DNA from: an uncultured Chloroflexia bacterium | GTDB lineage: Bacteria; Chloroflexota; Limnocylindria; Limnocylindrales; CSP1-4 | NCBI GenBank assembly: GCA_963816905.1 | Contig: CAWFMQ010000016.1 | Coordinates: 23,817-87,816 of the forward strand | Reading direction: 5' to 3' | DNA length: 64,000 nucleotides | Part shown: positions 57,157 to 64,000 of the stretch, piece after piece | Layout of the letters: every line of letters starts with the position of its first letter | Numbering within the stretch: position 1 is the first letter of the stretch | Translations under genes and position numbers: made by a program | The notes under the pieces: model-generated | Told to the model about the DNA's origin: nothing | Seen by the model: the letters and a program-made list of their open reading frames with translations, nothing else | Database searches by the model: none

Positions 57157-57430
57157 TCAGCCCCCGGCCATCGCGGGGAGCAGGATGATCGTGTCGGACT
57201 GCGTCACCGGCGTCGCCAGGTCCTGCTCGTAGCGGACGTCCCGCCCGTTGACATACACGTTCACGAAGCGGTTCAGGCCCCCGTCGGTGCGCAAACAGCT
57301 GCTCGCGCAGCGACGGGTACTGCCCGACGAGCTGCGCGAGGACGTCACCCACGGTGTCGCCGCTCGCCTCGACCTGCTTGGTGTTCCCGACCTGGGCACG
57401 GAGCACGGGCGGGATCCGAACAGCGGTCAT
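57157..57430 (-). CDS. MoaD/ThiS-family sulfur carrier (CysO-like); one frameshift
   Basis: MTAVRIPPVLR..LNRFVNVYVNG..ILLPAMAGG* with C-terminal Gly-Gly. Confidence 0.9.
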
Positions 57431-58682
57431 GAGCCAACCTCCACCTGGCGGCCGGTCGGGGCGACCGGGCCGGCAACACGAAGCGTGAATACCCCCGAAC
57501 CGGCGGAACCGGCAACCGGTGCGCTCGCCCCAGCGCCCGGGGCAGCAGCCCCGGTGCCCGCCGCGGACAACGCGCCCGTCCCACACGCGGGGCAGGCCGG
57601 GTCGCGGCGCAGCTTGAGCTCCTGGAACGTGGTGTCGAGCGCGTCGTAGATCAGGAGGCGTCCGACGAGCGGCTCACCGATGCTGAGCAGCAGCTTCAGC
57701 GCCTCGGTCGCCTGGAGGATGCCCATCGTGCCGGGCACAACTCCAAGCACGCCGGCGACGGAGCACCCGGGCGCCAGCTCCGGTGGAGGCGGCGTCGGGT
57801 AGAGGCAGCGGTAGCACGGGCCGTCATTGGGCTTGAAGACCGTGACCTGGCCCTCGAAGCGGAAGACGGACGCGTGCACGACCGGAATTCCGGCGCGGAC
57901 GGCCGCGTCGTTCAGCGTGTACCGCGTCTCGAAGGTGTCCGTGCCGTCGAGGATCACGTCGTAGCCCGTCAATGAGCCGATCGACGTTCTCGGCGGTGAG
58001 CATCTCCTCGAAGCCGACGACGTTGATTTCCGGGTTGAGCGCACGGATGGTCTCGGTCGCCGACTCCGTCTTCTTCCGCCCGACGCGATCGCTCGTGTGG
58101 ACGATCTGGCGCTGGAGGTTCGAGATGTCGACGACGTCGAAGTCGACGATGCCCAGCGTCCCGACCCCCGCGGCGGCCAGGTAAAGCATGGCGGGCGACC
58201 CGAGCCCGCCGGCGCCGATGAGGAGCACCTTCGAGTCGAGCAGGCGCGCCTGTCCCTCCGCGCCAACCTCGGGCATCGAGCAGGTGCCGGCTGTAGCGCA
58301 GCTTCTGGTCGTGCGTCAGGACGACGGGGAGCGTCCACGCGCGGCCCTCGGCCTTCCATTGCTGGAAGCCACCGCTCATCGATGCCACGTCCGTGTAGCC
58401 CATCTCGTGAAGGGTCTGCGCGGCGAACAGCGACCGCACGCCACCAGCGCAATACAGGATCACCGGCGCAGCCCGCACCGGTACCGCGCCCTCGATCTGC
58501 TGCTCCAGGTAGCTCTTGGGGATGAAGGTGGCGCCGGGAATGTGGCCCTCCTCCCATTCGGAAGCCTCGCGCACATCGACCAGCCGGGCACCCCGTGCGG
58601 CAAGGGCCTCGGCCTCCGCAGGCGAGACCTCGCGCACGGTCATGTGCGCTTCTCGCATCAGTTCGGCAAACGTCTTTGGCAT
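57427..58682 (-). CDS. moeB: Rhodanese-MoeB (MoeZ-like) sulfur-carrier adenylyltransferase; two frameshifts
   Basis: N-terminal rhodanese (DVRE..EW..GHIPGA, YCAGGVRS), RYSRH, IGAGGLGSP, SNLQRQ, PCYRCLYP and CPAC. Confidence 0.9.
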
Positions 58683-58860
58683 CGTTCGATGGGACTCCAG
58701 AAGTAGCGGTGGTGGGCGGCTCGCGCACCGGACGCGCGAGGGCCCCGAAGCCGTGGTGGCTATCGCCGGCCCGTGAAGGCCGGCCGGATACATGTGCAGC
58801 GGCCCGCAGCGCTGCGGGTGTCCGCTCGCCATGGCGACCGTCGCGCCGGCACGATGCGGA

Positions 58861-59263
58861 TCACGTCCCCGCCTCCGCCTGCACCGGGGAGGACGCACGG
58901 TCGGCGAGCGCGCGGCGCAACGTGTCGATCGACAGCAGCGCGCACTTGAGCCTCGCCGGGCTGATCTGGATCCCCAGCGTATCGAGGACATCCTGGTTGG
59001 TCAGCCGCGCCACTTCGTCGAGCGACATACCCCGGATCTCGTCCGTGAGCATGGACGCCGACGCCTGGCTGATCGCGCACCCCCGGCCCGAGAACGCCAC
59101 GTCGGACACGTGCCCGTCGTCGTTGATCGACAGCATCAACGTGATGCGGTCGCCGCAGAGCGGGTTGGAGCCCTCGTACGGAGGCGTCCGGCTGCGCAAG
59201 CGTCCCGAAGTTGTGGGGCCGGCGGTAGTGCTCCAGGATCTCGTCGCGGTATAGGTCGTCCAT
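58861..59263 (-). CDS. sufU: SufU/NifU-family Fe-S assembly protein; one frameshift
   Basis: LYRDEILEHYRRPHN, NPLCGDRI, GRGCAISQASAS and RLKCALL. Confidence 0.92.
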
Positions 59264-59300
59264 CGTGTGAAAGGGTACCGGATGCCGATGCGGGCGGAGG

Positions 59301-60724
59301 TCAGTGGTGGGCCGCGCTGCCGGCCGCGGGGGCGCCGGCTGCGCTCGCCGCGACCGGTTCGACGGCGGACGGTGCGCTCGAGGCGACGGCGGCTCGGCCG
59401 ACCCCGAAGATCGCCTGCACCCTGCAGAGCCCAGCCGCCAGGCGGTCGATATCGTCGCGATCGCTGTAGACGTTGAAACTGGCACGCGCCGATGCCGTCT
59501 CGCCGAGCCGCTCGTGCAGCGGCTGCGTGCAGTGGTGGCCGGCCCGGATGGCCACGGCCTCGCGATCGAGGAGCGTGGCCACGTCGTGCGGGTGAATCCC
59601 GGGCAGGTTGAAGGTGACGATTCCGCCCCGCTCGACCGCGGACCGCGGGCCGATGATGTGGATGTCCGGCACCTCGCGCGGCAGGACCTCCAGCGCGTAT
59701 TCGGTCAGTTCCAGCTCGTGCGCGCGGACGGCCTCCATCCCCAGGGCGGAGAGATAGTCCAGCGCGGCGCCCAGCCCGATCGCCGCCGCGATGTCGGGCG
59801 TCCCGGCCTCGAACTTCCAGGGCACGTCGTTGAAGGTGGTCCGCCGCAGGTGCACCTCGCGGATCATCTCGCCGCCACCCATGAACGGCGGCATGTCCTC
59901 GAGCAGCTCGCGGCGTGCCCAGAGCGCGCCAGAGCCCGTCGGGCCAAGCGCCTTGTGCCCGGAGAACACGTAGAAGTCGGCGTCCAGCGCCCGCACGTCG
60001 ACCGGGCAATGCGGGACCGCCTGCGCCCCGTCGATCAGGACGAGTGCGCCGGCCTCGTGGGCCGCGGCGATCATCTCCTTGGCCGGGTTGATCGTCCCGA
60101 TGCCGTTCGACACCAGGGTGAACGCGACGAGTCGCGGCCGCGTGCGCAGCAGCACCTCGAAGCTCTGCTGGATCAGGCGTCCCTCGTCGTCGACGGCGAC
60201 GAACTCCAGGTCGGCGTCCTTCTCCTGGGCCAGCAGCTGCCACGGCACCAGGTTGGAGTGGTGCTCCAATTCCGTGAGGACGATCGTGTCCGCCTGGCGG
60301 ATGTTCCGCCGTCCCCAGCTGTAGGCGACGAGGTTGATGGCCTCGCTCGCGTTGCGGACCATCACGATCTCGTGGGCGATCGGGCGCGTTGATGAAGCGG
60401 GCGATCGTGGCCCGGGCGCCCTCGTAGGCGGCCGTCGCCTCTTCGCCGATGGCGTAGATGCCGCGATGCATGTTGGCCTGTAGCGGGTGTAGTAGCCGTC
60501 GACCGCGTCGACGACGAACGCGGCTTCAGGGCGGTCGCCGCCGAATCGAGGTACGCCAGCCGCCTGCCGCCGAAGTCGCGCTCGAACATCGGGAAGTCGG
60601 CCCGGATCGCGCTCGGCGTCGATGGGGAGGAGGTGCGGCCATCGCCGGCTCCGCCATGGCCGGGTTCAACCTCGCCGTCTCGGCCGCCGAATGGGGCTCG
60701 CGCTGCAGGTTCCTGTCCGGTCAC
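59301..60724 (-). CDS. sufS: Cysteine desulfurase SufS; N-terminal frameshifts
   Basis: [40 protein letters not shown] and RAGHHC. Confidence 0.93.
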
Positions 60725-61667
60725 GCGACCTCCTCGGCTCGGTCGGCGCCTCGTCCGGAATCGATCAGCCCGGCCTCGCGCAGCACGGGCCCGTAGCCCT
60801 CTTCCTCCAGCTGGAGCGCGAGGTCGCGGCCGCCCGGAGCGGATGATGCGGCCGCGCGCCAGCACGTGGACGAAGTCGGGGCGTGATGTAGTTGAGCAGT
60901 CGCTGGTAGTGGGTGATGAGCAGCACGCCGAGGTCCGGGTTGAGCTGGGCGTTGACGCCCTCGCGCCACGATGCGCAGCGCGTCGATGTCCAGCCCGGAG
61001 TCGGTCTCGTCGAGCACCGCGAACTCTGGCTGCAGCACGGCCATCTGGAGCATCTCGAGGCGCTTCTTCTCGCCGCCGGAGAACCCCTCGTTGACGTAGC
61101 GCGCTGCGAATGCGTCGTCGAGTCGCAGCAGCGCCATCTTCTGGCGCATGAGCACGCGGAAGTCGCGCATCTTGATGCCGCCGCGCGTGGGGTCCGACGG
61201 GTCGATCTCCTCGTCGCCCGCGGTCACGGCCGCGACGCCTCGCGTTCAGGGCGGTGCGCAGGAAGCTGGCCACGGAGAGGCCCGGGATCGCGGTCGGGTA
61301 CTGGAACGCGAGGAAGAGGCCCATCCGCGCACGCTTGTCCGCCGACAGCGTCAGCAGGTCGTGGCCCTTCCAGAGGACCCGGCCCTTCGTGACCGTGTAG
61401 GCGGGGTGGCCCATCAGCGCGTAGGCGAGCGTGGTCTTGCCCGACCCGTTGCGGGCCCATGATGGCGTGGACCTCGCCCTTGCGGACCGTGAGGTCGATG
61501 CCCGAAAGGATCTCGCGGCCGGGCTCGGCGACCGGCACGACGTGCAGATCGCTGATCACCAGGTCGCGGTCGGTCGGCGAATCGGACGTTGCGGTGAGCG
61601 GGGCTGGCGCGGCGTCGGTGGCGTTCATACGGACGGAACGGGCTCCCTCGGTGACGGTGGGTGGCAC
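60721..61667 (-). CDS. sufC: Fe-S cluster assembly ATPase SufC; frameshifted
   Basis: [46 protein letters not shown] and PDFVHVL. Confidence 0.92.
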
Positions 61668-61680
61668 GGCCGCCGGAACC

Positions 61681-62208
61681 TCATCCGGAGTCGGGAGCGT
61701 GCAGCGGCAGTGCGTGGAACGGGTGCGATGGCCTCGGGCGTGCGAGCTCGGCGAGGCTCAACGAGTCGAGCGCTCCGACGACTGCCTCACGGACGCGAAC
61801 CCAGAGCAGGTTCACGTTGCAGTAGCCGGTGCGACCGCACACTTCGGCGTGCGAGGGGTCGTCGCGGCACAGACCATGGGAGCGATCGGACCCTCGAGGG
61901 CCTCGATGACCTCGCTCATGCGAATCCGCTCCGGTGGGGATGCGAAGCTCGTACCCGCCGTGCGCGCCGCGGGTGCTGACCACCAGCCCTGCCTCGCGAA
62001 GGCTGACGACGAGCTGCTCCAGGTACGGGCGAGGCAGGTCCTCGTGGTCGGCCGTCTCGGTCAGGCTGACGGGACCGGCGCCGTAATGGCGGGCCAGCTC
62101 GACCATGAGCCGGACGCCGTACTCGCCGCGCGTCGAGAAGTGGAGTGCCCCGGCCCCGGGCAGCGGGCTGCGCCCCCGCTCGCTTCGGCGAATTCCGACT
62201 GTTTCCAT
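61681..62208 (-). CDS. Rrf2 family transcriptional regulator (IscR/CymR-like); internal frameshifts
   Basis: FSTRGEYGVR, YLEQL..LREAGLVVSTRGAHGGY, with Cys-rich C..C..C region. Confidence 0.9.
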   Translation of the reverse strand: METVGIRRSERGRSPLPGAGALHFSTRGEYGVRLMVELARHYGAGPVSLTETADHEDLPRPYLEQLVVSLREAGLVVSTRGAHGGYELRIPTGADSHERGHRGPRGSDRSHGLCRDDPSHAEVCGRTGYCNVNLLWVRVREAVVGALDSLSLAELARPRPSHPFHALPLHAPDSG

Positions 62209-62222
62209 CAGGATTGAGTCTA
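62191..62222. promoter_or_regulatory. Rrf2/IscR-like operator overlapping the regulator start, with -10 TAGACT
   Basis: AATTCCGACTGTTTCCATCAGGATT resembles the IscR type-1 box (..YYGACT-N5-AGTCRR..). -10 at 62217-62222 is 8 nt from the ATG. Confidence 0.6.
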
Positions 62223-62429
62223 GACCTCGGAGCCGCGACCGTCAACGGCGGGCACCGGCGCCGGTCAGCGGCGATCCGCGACGCGCGCCCGCAAACGGGA
62301 CGTTCGGCCCTTGGCTGTCGGTGGCCGGGCGCTGAGACTGAGAGGCACGATCAAGTGCCGACTCGCTGCTCGGCCGCAGCGCGACCCGGCACTTCACCGT
62401 CCGTAGGTAGGGCGAACCCGACCCAGGGG

Positions 62430-62981
62430 CTACCGGATGCCGGTGTCGTAATCGACTTCGACGTCGGTGAAATCGCCGGCCACGACGCTGACGGGCACCG
62501 CCGCGCCGCTCGGGTACCCGTTCGGGTCGGACTTCGGCTGGATCACGTAGTCGCCGGGTGGAAGCGCCACCTGGAAATGCCCGTCCGGCCCCGACGTGAC
62601 CGTCGTCACGAAGTTGCCGTTGCTGTCCACGATCGCCATCTGGGCTGCATACGGCGTCAGGCACGGCGATGCGTCGACCGACAGGTCGGCGCACGTCGGC
62701 CCGAGGAGGACGATCCCCCGGACGCCGGAGTTCGGGCCGGCCGAAGGCGTGGGGGACGGCCCGCTCTCGGGGCCGCACGCGATGATCAGGACGGCGAGAA
62801 GACCCGCGAGTGCGGATACGAGTGCCACGGTGCCCAGGGAGAAGCCGGTTGGCGTGCGATGCACCCGGCCCGGCGATGCGCCCTGCCCGGCGAGGGCCCC
62901 CGTCGATTCGTGCCGGGTGATCCTGCCGCGCCCGGCACGCGTCCAGTGCCGGCTCCGCGGCCCATTGCCGAACCGCGTCAC
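62430..62981 (-). CDS. Putative lipoprotein with carboxypeptidase-regulatory (transthyretin-like) domain
   Basis: Lipobox LIIAC, SGVRGIVLLGPTC, DGHFQVALPPGDY and YDTGIR. Confidence 0.8.
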   Translation of the reverse strand: MTRFGNGPRSRHWTRAGRGRITRHESTGALAGQGASPGRVHRTPTGFSLGTVALVSALAGLLAVLIIACGPESGPSPTPSAGPNSGVRGIVLLGPTCADLSVDASPCLTPYAAQMAIVDSNGNFVTTVTSGPDGHFQVALPPGDYVIQPKSDPNGYPSGAAVPVSVVAGDFTDVEVDYDTGIR

Positions 62982-63859
62982 AGACCTGACCAGTCCCGAA
63001 GCGCCCGCGCCAGGCCCGACACGTCGTCGTCGCTGTGACCCTGGGCCACCAGCCCGTTCTCGATCTGGGCGACGAGCGCCGCGATCGGCAGCGTCGCGCC
63101 GACCTCGCGTGCCATGGCGAGGGCGATCATCACGTCCTTGAGGTGCAGTGCGAGCTTGAACCCGAGCGGATAGTCATTCGCGATCATGCGGCCGCTGCGG
63201 TTCTGCAGCACCCACGACTGGGCCGAGCCACCCGACAGCGCCTCGACCACCTTGCCGGCGTCGAGCCCGGCCTTCATGGCGAGGACGAGCCCCTCGGCGA
63301 CGCCGAGGTAGGCGCCGCACAGGATCACCTGGTTCACGGCCTTCGTCGCCTGCCCGGACCCGATCGGGCCCATGTGGGTGATCGACCGTCCCATCGCGGC
63401 AAGCACCGGGCGGGCGCGCTCGAAGTCGGCCGGCTCGCCGCCGACCATGATCGTCAGCGTGGCCTTCTGGGCCCCTTCCGAACCACCCGAGACGGGGGCG
63501 TCGACCATTGCCACGCCACGTTCGGCGAGGCGGCGGGCGAACTCGCGGGTCGCGGCGGGTTCGATCGTCGAGCAGTCGATGACGAGCGTTCCCGGGCGGG
63601 CGCCGTCGGCGATACCGTCCGGGCCGAACAGCACGGCGTCGACGTCGGGGGTGTCTGACACGCACACGACGACGATGTCGCAGGCCGCGGCCAATTCCCG
63701 GGGAGTGGCCGCGCGTACCGAACCGAGCTCATCGAGCTCCGGGGCGCGACCGGGCGTGCGGTTCCAGGCGGTGAGCGGGAAGCCGGCGCGTAGCAGGTTG
63801 GCGGACATCGCGGCACCCATGGTGCCGAGGCCGCAGAACCCGACGCGCTGATCCGCCAC
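62978..63859 (-). CDS. NAD(P)-dependent beta-hydroxyacid dehydrogenase (HIBADH/GarR family)
   Basis: GFCGLGTMG, DAPVSGG, GSGQATKAVNQ and GFKLALHLKD. Confidence 0.92.
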   Translation of the reverse strand: MADQRVGFCGLGTMGAAMSANLLRAGFPLTAWNRTPGRAPELDELGSVRAATPRELAAACDIVVVCVSDTPDVDAVLFGPDGIADGARPGTLVIDCSTIEPAATREFARRLAERGVAMVDAPVSGGSEGAQKATLTIMVGGEPADFERARPVLAAMGRSITHMGPIGSGQATKAVNQVILCGAYLGVAEGLVLAMKAGLDAGKVVEALSGGSAQSWVLQNRSGRMIANDYPLGFKLALHLKDVMIALAMAREVGATLPIAALVAQIENGLVAQGHSDDDVSGLARALRDWSGL

Positions 63860-64000
63860 GCACGAATGGTAAGCGCTGGCACCGACCACACGTGGCGCGC
63901 GGGCACGCTTCCCCAGAAGATCGCGCGGCCCGCCGCCTGGCCACCGCGGTTCAGTGCCGGGCTGCACCGAAGCGCAAACAGGAGATCGACGCAGGACTCG

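Noticed and set aside
55511-58682. JAMM + ubiquitin-like + E1 (MoeB) as an anti-phage ubiquitination system (CBASS/Bil type)
   Set aside because: The embedded cysM and suf context, and the lack of an E2 or cyclase, fit the known CysO cysteine pathway.
57157-62208. Programmed ribosomal frameshifting in the sulfur operon
   Set aside because: There are too many scattered indels with no consistent slippery motifs, so sequencing error is more parsimonious.

Overview
This is a 64-kb window of very GC-rich bacterial chromosome, mostly housekeeping and metabolic genes. No outer-membrane or phage genes are recognisable. The gene set suggests a monoderm lineage such as Chloroflexota or Actinomycetota (inference only). 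Many conserved genes are broken by single-base indels that cluster at about 3.7-4.7, 11.5, 26-27, 34-36, 41-43, 51 and 57-62 kb, most likely uncorrected long-read errors. Contents in order: an M20 amidohydrolase with a >1000-aa acidic repeat tail, a zinc-ribbon protein, two bactofilins, a tRNA with anticodon UAU, a degenerate class-V PLP enzyme, DNA ligase, IscA, a large membrane-anchored low-complexity protein, a paa-like beta-oxidation operon, a dGTPase-like protein, two PIN toxin-antitoxin pairs, MMPL and ABC transporters, aspartase with an Arg-motif extension, IDH, purE, a secreted GH2, a nucleoside hydrolase plus ECF transporter, and an Rrf2-sufC-sufS-sufU-moeZ-cysO-cysM-mec sulfur operon. 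The most notable observations are: (1) a c-di-GMP-II (GCG-variant)-like riboswitch controlling a small DUF5658-like membrane gene; (2) an unclassified 240-nt, highly structured leader that sequesters the SD of a bactofilin gene; (3) a rare tRNA-Ile(UAU); (4) enzymes fused to long disordered acidic or Arg-motif tails, hinting at a bactofilin/IDR scaffold possibly tuned by c-di-GMP; (5) recurrent in-frame 18-bp tandem expansions in unrelated genes; (6) widespread leaderless-type promoters.
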